From assembly GCA_000388065.2 (NCBI GenBank), contig KB932202.1: a stretch of DNA of 36,384 nt; one strand, 5' to 3'. This DNA comes from Fonticula alba ATCC 38817 (Eukaryota; Protista; Nucleariida). Shown here one piece after another: positions 11,903 through 23,051 of this stretch. The position numbers and the translations under genes are program-made. The notes under the pieces are model-generated. The model ran no database searches. It saw only the letters and a program-made list of their open reading frames with translations, and was not told where the DNA came from. The stretch's first letter is position 1, and each line of letters starts with the position of its first letter.

Positions 11903-13614
11903 CCGATTCAGGCCGTCGTGGACCAGGTGAACCCGGTGATCTATGCGCACCAGCTCCTCCTCCGGTGCCAGGCGGAGTTTGCCCAGGTGTACGAGGCTGA
12001 TCGGGCCAGCGGCGCCGACACCCCCTCGGCCGATGGTCTGCCCAGCTTCGAGGCCTTCACCGGGACCTTCACCCGGCTGGTGTATGACTTCGAGGACCTC
12101 GGCCCGCAGGCGGCCGGCGATGGCCCGGACGCGCCATTCAGCCCGGGGCCCGGGCGCCGTGGCCGCCGCGGCGCCCCCGGCCCGGTGGCTTCCCCCGCCC
12201 GGACACCCGGCGGCCCGACCGGGTGCGTGACTCCCCTCCTGCCCCCCTCGCCTTCCGGCGGTCATGGCCCCTGGTCGCCACTAACCAGAGGGGCTTCCCT
12301 CCCGCGCCTCCCCGCCCCCCCCCCCCCACCAGCGTGGCGGACACCCCCTCCAAGAAGAAGCGCATGGCCCCGTCCAAGCGGCCCAACTCCGCGTCGGCCG
12401 CCGCGCTGGACTTCTCCGACCACACAGGCTCCCTGGCGGAGGACGGCAGCGCGCCCGGCTCGCCGCAAACCCCCGGGCCCCCGGCCGTGGATCTGATCGG
12501 CCCGGCGCAGGAGGCCCTGCTGGCGGCGGCCCGGCAGCGCCGTGCCGGGCGCCCTGGCGACGTCCTCGACGCCCAGGACCTCGGCACCGGGCCCGCCGGG
12601 GCCGCCCCCCCCGCCAGCAAGCCGGCCTCCCTGCTGAATGGCCTGTTCGGGTCCTTCTCGGCGGCCCTGCGCGGGGACCTGACCGAGGCCCGGCTGGACC
12701 CGGCGCTGGAGGAAATCCGCCGGCATCTGGTGGCCAAGAATGTCCCAGCCGACCTGGCCGAGGAGCTGGTGGCCGGGGCCCGGGGGCGCCTGCTCGGCAC
12801 CCAGGTCGGGCCCTTCCAAAGCGTGCAGCAGGTCATCCGCGATGCCCTGGTGCCGAGCCTCCAGCGGATCCTCACCCCCGGGGCGTCGACCAACCTCCTG
12901 CGCGACATCCTGCTGGTGCGCGAGCGCGAGCGGCGCCCCTTCGTCATCACCTTCTGCGGGGTCAACGGCGTGGGCAAGTCCACCAGCCTGTCCAAGGTGG
13001 CCTTCCTGCTGCTGCAGAATGGCCTCCGGGTGCTGGTGGCCGCGTGCGACACCTTCCGGTCCGGGGCCGTGGAGCAGCTCCGCCGGCATGTGGACAACCT
13101 GTCGCAGTTGTCGGCCGACGCCGGGCTCGATGCCCAGGCCAGCCTCATCGAGCTCTTCGCCCAGGGGTACAGCTCGGACCCGGCGGAGGTGGCGCGCCAT
13201 GCCATCCGCCACGCCCGGGCCCACGCCTTTGACGTGGTGCTGGTGGACACGGCCGGCCGGATGCAGCACAATCGCAGCCTCATGCAGGGGCTGGCCCGGC
13301 TGGTGCAGATCAACCAGCCGGACCGGGTGCTCTTCGTTGGCGAGGCCCTGGTCGGGCATGACGGCGTGGACCAGCTCCGGGAGTTTTCCCGGATCCTGCG
13401 CCAGCAGACCGCCGGCGGCGGCGGCTCGGCCAATGCGCGCGGTATCGACGGCATCATCCTCTCCAAGTTCGACACGGTCGAGGACCAGGTGGGCGCGGCG
13501 CTGGCCCTCACCTGGACCAGCGGTCAGCCCATCCTCTTCGTCGGCGTGGGCCAGCACTATGTGGATCTGCGCAAATGCAGCGCGGATGCCATCTGCGCGG
13601 CGCTCCTGTCCTAG
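11903..13614 (+). CDS. SRPRA: Signal recognition particle receptor subunit alpha (SRX remnant plus NG GTPase domain), 5' end in or before gap 11244-11902. Intron 12223-12332
   Basis: SRP-GTPase motifs GVNGVGKSTSLSKVAF, AACDTFRSGAVEQL, DTAGRMQ, SKFDT and GVGQHYVDL. The segment after the gap, VVDQVNPVIYAHQLLLRCQAEF, resembles the SRX longin domain. GTGCGT donor at 12223, CTAAC branch at ~12281, acceptor AG at 12331-12332, phase 2. Stop TAG at 13612-13614. Confidence 0.95.
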
Positions 13615-13844
13615 TGGGGGCGTGTGCGTGTGCCCCGGCGCGCCCTCGGCCATGAAATGCACTCTTAGACCTTGCACATATGCGGGCTGTCCCCACGCTC
13701 GGGGCAGTGTGGGTGTTCTTGAGATGGGGAGTGTATTTGGAGGGGGGGCTCGCGCCAGGGGGAGGGGGGGAGGGACACACCAGCCAGCAGGCCGACGTGC
13801 GCGCGTGCGCGTACACACACACACACGGGCGGGCGGGGGCCCCA

Positions 13845-16800
13845 TCACTTCAGCAGGCCCAGCGACGACAGGTGCAAGTGGAGGAGCTGCTGCGCGCGCT
13901 TGGCATCCTCCGCCAGCAGGCTGACGCCCCCGAGGTCGGCCGTGTTGATCTTCAATGTCGGGGACAGGGAGGCGGCTGGGGCCACATTGGGCGGGGTCAA
14001 CAACCGGGACAGGTTCTCCGGGTCCGACACCTTGTGATGCAGGTGCTCGAAGAGGAAGAGCCGCCGGGGGCTTTGGGAGAACAGGAGCATCAGGTGCATG
14101 AGCTCCACACACAAGAGAGAGGGCACACTGCCGGCAAGCGGGGCGGCGGCCGAGCACGGGGTTAGCGCCCGACGCAGGGACGAAAGCGGGGCGAGCATGT
14201 CGGACAGGGGGGGGGGGGGGGGGGGGAGCGCGGGGTGTGCCCGCGGGGGGGGGGGGGAGGGAGGGCGAGGACGCACCGCGGGGCCAGGGCACTGATCAGC
14301 GCCTCGCGCTCGGCCGTCGGGAAGGCCAGCAGCAGGATGCGCGCGTCGTTGCCATCATTGATGATGGTCCGATCCAGGAGCGAGCAGTTGGCCGGCTGCG
14401 GCGGCGCCGGCGCCGGCGCCGGCGCCACGGGGACACCGCTGCCGGAGTGGAAAGCAGCAGGGCCGGCGGCGACCCTCCATCTCCGGAGGTCAGCCGGGCC
14501 AGACGCTGCGCCACCTTGTCCAGCTCGTCCTTGGTCGGGCCGGCCGGAGGCTTGCCGTGGGTGGGCGGCGGCACGGCAACCGGCAGCTGAGGCGACGCCG
14601 GTGGCGAGGCAGCCGGCAGCGGGCACACCATGTGCAGCAGGTATGACCGGGTGTTGAGCGGGCAGAAGGCCAGGAGTTCCGAGCAGTCCATCGCACTGAG
14701 GGAGTGCAGGCTACCGAGGTCATAGGTGCCGCCGAGGAGCGGGGAGGGGCAATCGACACGGGTTAGAAGCCATGGAAGGGGCCCATCATGGAGCAGGAGC
14801 TACAGGAGGGAGCCATGCATGTGGGCATGCGCGCGTACAAGGGGATCAGGCGGGTGACAACCTCGGCGGCCTTGGCCGCCTGCGAGGAGAGCACCCCGAG
14901 GATGGCAATGGCCAACGCCGGGGAGAGGCTGCCGGCCGGCAAAGCAAGTCAGTGGCCGAAGCAGGGGGCATCATGCGAGGCGGTGCCATATGGTGTGGGG
15001 GTGGGAAATGCCAGCGTCACGCACGGGCCATCCACCATGCGGATGAGTAGCTGGAAGACGTCCAGCCGCTGGGAGATGGGAAACAGCTGGAGCACATCCG
15101 TGAGGAGGTAGCCCTCGGGCACGCTGTCGGACCGTGCCAGGATGTCCTCCAGGAAGGCGCTCGAGCACTTGTGGAGGGCCACCAAGATCTGCGGGGGGGA
15201 GGGGGGGGGGTCAGCATTCGACAAGTACACCGGCAGGCGCTTGCGTGTGCGAGGACATGGGATGCGCGAGGGAGGGGGAGAGAGGGAGAGAGGGAGGGGG
15301 GGGGGGGGGGGGGCGGAGGGCAGCACGATGGCCGGCAGACGCACCGCCTGCAACTGGGGCGGGGACTTTCGAAGGCCCAGGAAGTGGTACCACTGGCGGA
15401 GGGAGGCCACCGGCGGGACGAAAAGATCAGGCGGGTGAGCTGCAATCTTGCCGCCCAGCAGCCCGGCCGGTGCGGGGGACAGCGTCCGCAAGATCATGTC
15501 GAGAGCAACAAGCAGATGGTCATCAACCTGGACGTCGGGGGGAGGGGGGGGGGGGAAGCGGCCGGAAGCAGAGTAAGTGGTGGAGAAAGGAAGAAGGAAA
15601 AGTAACATGTAGGCAGCCAAGCAGGCAAACAAGCAAGCGGGGAATCAAGCAAGCGGGGAATCAAGCAAGCGGGCGAGCAAGCAAGCAAGCAGGCGGGCGA
15701 GCAGGCAAGCAGGCGGGCGAGCAGGCAAGCAGGCGGGCGAGCAAGCAGCCAAGCGGGCGAGCAAGCAAGCGGACAGCCAAGCAGCCAAGCAGCCAAGCAG
15801 CCAAGCAGCCAAGCAGCCAAGCAGCCAAGCAGCCAAGCAGCCAAGCAGACACCCAAGCAGACACCCAAGCAGACACCCAAGCAACCACACGCACCGTGTG
15901 GCAATGCTGCAGAACCAGCTCCACCAGCCGGGTGGCTTCCTGATGTGCGAGCGGATCTGGAACATGGTGGTGCGCCAGGGCCCCGGCGAAGACCGTCTGG
16001 TTGGCCACAATGATGCACGTCTGGCCGACCGACCCGAGCGCAAAGCGCGACAGGCACGCCCCCCCGGGGAGGAGGAAGGCAAACTCCGTGAGGAAGGCCG
16101 CCAGGAAGACGGCCGAGTGCCCGGATGCACAGAGCCCGGCCACCAGCCGGTGCATGTAGGCATACGGGATCCGGGGGAAGTAGGTCTGCCGGGCGGCGGT
16201 GGCAGCGGCCCCGGGCCCGGGCAGGACCAGGCGCTGCAGCAGCGACCGCAGCACCAGGACCATCTGCTCGGAGCAGGGGCTGATCCAAAGGGCCAGCTCC
16301 AGGCAGGGCTCCAGGCCCAGGGGAACCGGGTCGATGGCCGGCAGCATGGCACACAGGGCCTGGGCCCGGTTGGAGTTGACCGACACCGTTTTCAGGACAG
16401 CCTGGATGTCATTGAGCGAGGTGAACTTCGTGGCCAGGCGCGGGGCAAAGGCATTGATGACGGCGAAGCTGGACCGACGGCGCATTGGCCCGGCCCACCG
16501 GACGACCGGCCCCGGGGACAGCGGCGTTAGAGCACATGGCGGCGAGGGGGCGGGGGGGGGGGGGGGTGGGGGGGGACGCAATTGGGCGCATGTGCGCGGC
16601 GCAACGCACCGCATCGAGTCCGAGGTGCACACGCCCTTGACGAACACCTGCAGCAGGAACTCCCAGGGGATGGCATACGGCGCGATGAGCTGGTTGACCG
16701 AGGCCAGCCAGCCGGGGTCCACCTTGTCCCCGAACGCGCGGCCCTGCACCAGCAGGGTCCACAGGGCAGTGGCCGCCTCGTGCGTGAAGGGCCGTGTCCC

Positions 16801-17055
16801 GCCGGGGGAGGGAGGCCCGCCGGGGGCCGATGCCCCGGGGACCGGCGAAGTGCCAGAACCGCCTGGCGCCCGGGCCGCCGGGGTGAGAAACCACTCCGAG
16901 CTGTCGGCCGTGTAGTGGCTCCCCCCGGCGGAGGGGGGCCCGACGGTGGGATACAGCGGCCTCGCCGGCGCCGGCGCCGGCGCCGGCACGCCAGTCAGCA
17001 CCGCCGGCGCCGGGTAGATCTCGCTGTAGGACGGCGGCGGGGGGTCGGAGGACAT
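13845..17055 (-). CDS. Uncharacterised ~710-aa helical protein with DUF4476-like repeats and an N-terminal PPxY/Pro-rich region. Exons 17055-16610, 16468-15895, 15527-15345, 15188-15025, 14928-14839, 14710-14277 (frame break inside), 14127-13845
   Basis: Six phase-matched GT-AG introns (five GTGCGT, one GTACGC), most with a visible CTAAC/CTGAC branch. The last exon, LLCVELMHLMLLFSQSPRRLFLFEHLHHKVSDPENLSRLL, fits the DUF4476 pattern (recalled as ...QL..LL..F.F...RL..L..L...IVDPENF). Similar but weaker units lie upstream (LTDVLQLFPISQRLDVFQLLIRMV; LNDIQAVLKTVSVNSNRAQALCAMLPAIDP). The gene's existence is solid; the domain call is tentative. Confidence 0.7.
15612..15883. repeat. Compound intronic minisatellite built on a CAAG/GCAAG core, including (CAGCCAAG)x9 at 15774-15845 and (CAGACACCCAAG)x3 at 15846-15881
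   Basis: Read directly from the sequence. It lies inside intron 15528-15894 of the minus-strand DUF4476-like gene. Confidence 0.9.
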
Positions 17056-17596
17056 TGTCGCGGCGGGGGGTGGCGCAAGGGCAGGCGAGGGGCGATGGGG
17101 AGGGGAGCGTGTGCCTCTGTGGACGCAAGGAGGGGGAGGGGAAAGAGGGAGAGATACGCCCGCCGGCCCGCCGGTCGCCTTCTTGAGGGAGGCTGCCCGA
17201 CCCGATCACCCGCCGGCGTGGGGGGGCGGGGGACCGATGTGGGTGAGGGGAAATCTACACCCACCTGCCATCGGGGCGACCCCCGCCCCCCGGGAAACCG
17301 CCGCCCGGCTGGAAGATGGTCACCTCCCCCGAGACGGCGAGGGGGGGGGGGGGGGCGGCAGGGGCGCACGAGCCCAGCCTCGGCCTGGCGGGCGCCGGCG
17401 CCTGCCAGCAGCGGGCCGAGAGAAGGCCCCCTTGGCATTCTCCAGGTCCCAGCGTGGCGGACATTCCCTCCGCCCGCCCGCCCGCCCGCGCGCCCGCCCG
17501 CGGCCGACAGAGACCGCCCCGGCGGGCCTCGGAAAGAGGCAACTTCCCCATTCGGAGGCGCGCATGTGACTCGCGCCGGATCACGGGGGCGTTATT

Positions 17597-17610
17597 TTTA
17601 AATTCCCGCC
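17597..17610. promoter_or_regulatory. Candidate E2F site abutting a CHR-like element (TTTAAA-TTCCCGCC; minus strand GGCGGGAA-TTTAAA) in a divergent promoter
   Basis: It is the only clearly AT-rich patch in the sequenced part of the 17056-18092 intergenic region. It matches the E2F consensus TTCCCGCC and the CHR variant TTTAAA, and lies ~480 bp upstream of a mitotic-exit-type kinase. Motif match only. Confidence 0.3.
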
Positions 17611-18092
17611 ATCGACCGAGACTGGCGCGACCGCCGGACCGTTGGCCCTAGGCCCGCCCCTGGGAAAGCTTGATAACCCGGCCCCCTGGGAGCCTCGGCG
17701 GCCCTGTGCCCTGAGGCTGCGGCATCTCCCCTCCCCTCCTCGCCTGTGCCGAGCACACCCACCCACCCACCCACACACGCCCACGCCCACGCACACGCAC
17801 ACGCGCGCCNNNNNNNNNNNNNNNNNNNNNNNNNNNNNNNNNNNNNNNNNNNNNNNNNNNNNNNNNNNNNNNNNNNNNNNNNNNNNNNNNNNNNNNNNNN
17901 NNNNNNNNNNNNNNNNNNNNNNNNNNNNNNNNNNNNNNNNNNNNNNNNNNNNNNNNNNNNNNNNNNNNNNNNNNNNNNNNNNNNNNNNNNNNNNNNNNNN
18001 NNNNNNNNNNNNNNNNNNNNNNNNNNNNNNNNNNNNNNNNNNNNNNNNNNNCCCCCCCCCCCTCGCGACCGTCCTCCCTCGCCTCCCTGGCC

Positions 18093-18950
18093 ATGGCGGG
18101 CGTTCCGACCGACTCGGGCGACCCGCCCGCGCCGCACCGGCGCCCGCCCGCGCCGCACGCCCACACCGCCGGATCGTCGGACTCCCTGGCCGGCGGCCCG
18201 GTGGCCGGCAGCACGGCCATCCCCATCCCCCGGCGCAAGGCCCCGGCGCCGCTGCTGTCCACGCTGCTCGCCTGCTCGGCCGAGTCCGGCTTCCTGGCCG
18301 AGGATCCGCCCCTGACGCCGTGCCACCGGTACCCGGGGCTCATGTCGCCGGCCGACTGGCTGCCGCCGGCCCTGGGCCCGGGGCCGACCCCGACCACCGG
18401 CTGGCCGGGAGGCGGCCTGCCACACGGGCCCCCCTCACTGCCAGACTCGGTGCTTTCCACCCCGGGGACGGTGCTGATCCGCCGGGGCCCGGCCGGGCCG
18501 GGGGGCTTGGCGCCGCAGACCCCGCGCCTGGCCACCCTGCCTCCGGGGCCGGGCCATGGTCCGGCCGCCGGCGAGCCCCTCTTCATGCGCATGCACCATC
18601 TCCGGGTGCTGGAAACGCCGGATCTGGCCTTCGGCCGGGCGCCGGCCATCTTGCCCCACCCGGCTGCCGATGAGGACGCCCTCTCGCCGCGGCCGCCGCC
18701 CGGGGCCAGCCTCTCGGACCTGCCGTCCAGTCTGCTGGCCTTCCCGCCGGCCGTGCTGGAGCGCGCGGCCGCGCCGGCCGACGATCCGACCCCCCGGTGC
18801 CCCGGCTGTCGGGCAGCCAGGCGGGCCTCGCTGGACGCGTGCGCGCCGCCGGCCGGGCCCGGCAGCCCGGCCCCCGGCCCCCAGCCCGAAGCCGCGGCCG
18901 GCTACGACGACGATGGGTTCCCGATGCCGGATCCGCTGGCGGCTCGGACG

Positions 18951-18983
<33 letters not shown>

Positions 18984-21900
18984 CTGTCGCGCAGCCACTC
19001 GGCCTGGTCAGATCTCGGATCGCCATCGGTGTCACGCTTCTCCTCGCCCAACCACCTCCTGGGCGACATGACCCTCTCGGATGAGAGCGATCTGGACCTG
19101 CTGCAGCGGGGCCTGCTCCTGTCCCCGGCGGCCGGGCTGGCCACGCCCTTCGGCGCGCGGCCGGGCGGGGTCTCGGCCGGGTCCTCGGTCGGGCGGACGC
19201 TGCTCTGCTCGCCCGGCGCCCCGGCCGGCGTCTTCCCGCTCAATGACCCGCCCTCACCCGGGTCACTGGGGCCGGCCGGCGGCCGGCTCTTTGACGAGTG
19301 GTCCTCCTCGCCGGAGCCGGCCCCGGCCCCGGCCCCGGCCGGCGGCGATGGCCCCCGGGCTGTGCCCGGCGACCCGGGGCCCGAGCTGATGCTCCACCCG
19401 GGGGCCATGGCTGACGGCCCGCCGGGCCCTGCGGATCTGATGCTGCATCCGGCGCTGTCGCCCAAGCGGCCCCTCTGCACGGCCTGCCACTCGGCCGACC
19501 TGCCGGCCCCGGCCGATGCATACACCACGCTCACCGGGACGCCGATTTCCAAGTCCACCGCTCAGAAGGTCCTGGCCGCCAAGGCTTGTGCGTCCTGCCC
19601 CCGACCGTGCCCGGAGCCCGGCGGGGACATGTACACCTGCGCCGCCGCCCCCCCCCCCCCCCCCCCCGCCCCGCACGCACGCGTGGACGCTTCTCCTGAC
19701 AACTGCCCCCCTCCCGCCCGGTCCCGGCTCGCCGGCTGGCATCCGGCCACCTGGCAGACTTCGCCACGCAATACTCGCAGCAGCTCCAGTATGCCACCCG
19801 CCGCCACGAGCGCCGCGCCGCCCTCGAGGAAGTCATGTCTGAGAACCATGTGCGTTGATTCCCGCCGGGTGTCCCTCCTGCGGCGCTTGGCCGGCTGCTT
19901 GCCCGCCTGCCGCCCTGGGCTTCCATCCCTCTGCCGGGCCCTCCGCTAATCAGCCTCCGCTCCCTGTCTCTCGCCTGCCCCCCCTCTCGCCGGCGGCCGG
20001 GGCCGCCTGCCCTGTGGGCACAGTTCACCGAAGAGCAGCGGGCCGAATTGCGCCTGCGCCTGCAGCACTACGAGACGCGCATGCTGCGCCTGGCCCGGCG
20101 CCGGCCGAAGGTCTCGGAATATCGCTTCCTCCGGCAGATCGGCCGCGGGGCATACGGCCGGGTGTTTCTGGCCGTGGACGAGTCGCTCGACCAACAGGGG
20201 GCCGACCCCTCCGGCGAGGGGGGCACCCCCAACATCTGCGCCATCAAGCGCATTCCCAAGCCCCGGCTCGGGGACGAGTCGCAGGTTCGTCGACCAGTGC
20301 TCCTTGCCCCCCCCCCCCCCCCCCCCCCCTCCCCTCGCCAGGTCCCCCGATGGGCACCTGCCACATGGACGCTTGCATGCTGACACCCGGCCATATCTTG
20401 TCTGTGCGCACATGCGACATGTGCGCGTGACCGCGCGCGCGCGCGTGCACGGCGGCCGCGGCGGCGGGCGGCTGGTGGGCCCGAAAAAAAAAAAACACCC
20501 TGCAGGTGTCGGCACTCATCGCCGAGAAGCAAATCCTCAGCTCGCTGTCGCACTCGCCGTGGCATGTTCGCCTGCATGGCACCTTCCAGGACGACCGGTA
20601 TCTGTACTTCGCCATGGAGTTCGTCCCGGGCGGGGATCTTCGCGGCCTGCTGGAGGCCCTCGGGTGCCTGGAGCATGCGCATGCGGCAACCTATGCGGCG
20701 GAAATGGTGTCGGCCGTGAGCGCCCTGCATGCGCATGGGTTCTTCCACCGCGATGTCAAACCGGAAAACTTCCTCATCTCGGCGGCCGGGCACCTGAAGC
20801 TCACGGACTTCGGCCTGTGCAGCGTGGCCACCGTCGACGGCTATGTCCGGGAAATGGAGCAGCGGGTATGCGCCCGGCCGGCCGGCATCCCTTCCTCGAC
20901 TTTCCCTTCCCTTCCCCGGCATGTGGCCCCCGTTCGCTGACTCTCTGCCCACGCCGGCCGCATGTCTGGCAGCTTGCGGCACGGCCTGCCCGGTCGCCTG
21001 GCCATGCGCGCACTGTCTCCCTGACGCCGATGGCCGTGCGCGAAATGGCCACCCCGCTGACGTTGCGGTCATCGCGCTGGGGCCCGGCCGGGCGCACGGT
21101 GCGCGTCGCCGCCCCGTCACACCCCAAACGCACGGTTCACCGGGTGCGCTCCGCCATCGCGCCATCGCGCCATTGGCCTGCCCCCTCCTCGGCCGCCCTC
21201 TTTCCCGCGCCCTTCTCTGCTCCTCTTTGCCTTGCCACACGCCTTCTCCCCCCACGCCCGTTGGTCGCCCTCTGCCCCCTGCGAGCCCCATGTCTGACCC
21301 GCCCTGTCCGCCCCCGTCCGCCCCCCCCCCCTCCCACAACCGGTGCCAGTCCTTCTCACTGGTGGGCTCGCCCAATTACATGGCTCCGGAGCTGCTGCAG
21401 CGCGGCGCCGGATACGACTACCTCGTGGACTACTGGGCCATCGGGTGCATCTTCTTCGAGCTGATTTATGGTGCGCCGCCCCCGGCAAAGGGGCTCCTCG
21501 CTTTTGGTGTGCCTGTCCCTTCTCTGACCTCAAGCCCGGGCGTCGTGGCCGCCGCCGGGAAACCCCCGACAATGGTCAGGCTTCCCCCCATTTACGGCTC
21601 CCAGCCCGGAGGAGATCTTCGACAAGGTGGTCCGGTTCTCCGGGCGCCTGTCACCGGCGGACTTCTCCGTGGATTCGGCCAACGAGGAGGACCCGGACGC
21701 CGGCCCGGTGGGCCTGTTTGTCGACGCGTCGGAGGCCGATGCCCTGGACTCGGTGCGCGCGCAGCGGGCCCGTTGGGTGGCCATGCTGCAAGCCGGCGGG
21801 CCCAATCCCCTCGGCTGTGAGCCAAGCGCCCCGGCCGATGCCGGGCCCGATGCCTGGGAAGCCGACTGGCTGGAGGAACTGCACAATCGCCTGGAGGCCG

Positions 21901-23051
21901 TGCGCGCCTGGCAGCTGATTCATGCGTGCGCCCTGGCTCCCCGCCTTTGTCTTCCCCCGCCCCCTGGTCCTCGTTTGGGCCTCCATCGGCCCTTGCCCGA
22001 TCCTCGCACCCCGCCTCCCTTTCCTTTCTGCTTCCTCTTTCTTGCCCCCCCCCCCCCTCCTGCCCGTGGTGGAACACCGCCCACCACCGCCATCCCTCGT
22101 CTGTGCACAAATGCACCCCCATGCATGTGCAGCCTGGTGGCTCTGCCCGAGGAACGCCTCGGTCGCGGCAAGGCCGGCCTCTTGGCCCTGCATGCGCTGC
22201 CCCTTTTCGCGGATATGGACTTTGGCAAGCTGCTCGATGCAGAGGTGCGTATGCTCGGCTTGCCGTACTTTAACCGGCCCCCCCCCCCACACACACACAC
22301 ACGCAGGCCCTCCAACACAAGACAATCGCCAACACGAGGGTCGCCCGCTGCCGACTGACATGTATTCATTCCCCCCGCCCCCCCTTCTGTTACTGCCACG
22401 GCGCAGCCTTTGTTCGTTCCCCAGCTGGCAGGGCCCTTGGACACATCCTATTTCACAGCCCCGGCCGGGGAGGAGACAGACCTCAGCGGGCAGGGCCTCC
22501 TCGGGGAGGGCCACGCCGCCACTTCGGCGCCCGGGCACGGCCCGCCGGCGTCACCGCCTGCACAGGCCCCGCTCACCCCCCAGGGTGGCCAGCACCGCAA
22601 GGTCATCGCCTCATTCAACACCATGGTCTGGGAACGCCGCGGAGTCGGGGGACCGGCCGGGTCTGGCAGCAGTCGCGACTTGTGGGCCGGTGTGCCGGCC
22701 GCCGCGGGGGCCGCCCAGCTGGACGCCCAGCCTGGCGGTTCGGCGGCTGCCATCCCCGGCGAGTCGGATCTCCTTGCGCGGGCCATTTCCCTGGGCGACC
22801 TGATCGGCAGCGACTCCGAACTCTTCCGGGTCCCGGACCAGGGGGCCCCGATGGGCGTGGCGGCCGCCGGTGCGGCGCCGCTGCCGGCGGCCACCACGCC
22901 GGACACCGCCAAGCCCCCCCGGAAGCAGGCCCGCCACTCGTCGTCCCCCTCCTCTTCCGACAACAACGACGACGAGGGCGGCGACGCCACTGACAATGGC
23001 AACCATGCGGGGGGTGCTTCTCCGCTGGCCGGAGGGTCGTCACCGCGCTGA
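18093..23051 (+). CDS. DBF2: NDR/LATS-family AGC kinase, Dbf2/Sid2 type, 1185 aa. Exons 18093-19587, 19758-19849, 20024-20284, 20506-20865, 20973-21098, 21350-21470, 21580-21925, 22133-22244, 22407-23051
   Basis: The spliced product has a Mob-binding NTR (STAQKVLAAKAYFATQYSQQLQYATRRHERR...ETRMLRLARRRPKVSEY), GRGAYGRV, CAIK, HRDVKPEN, LTDFG, an insert between subdomains VII and VIII typical of NDR kinases, SFSLVGSPNYMAPE (GSP as in Dbf2/Sid2), DYWAIG, PEERLG and PLFVPQL..PLDTSYF. All 8 introns are phase-matched, and the 3558-nt total is 1186 codons. Confidence 0.9.

Noticed and set aside
19476-19490. CxxCH (CTACH) as a c-type heme-binding motif
   Set aside because: It lies in a cytosolic kinase that would not meet the mitochondrial heme lyase, and no cytochrome fold context is present. 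Kept only as a possible metal ligand.
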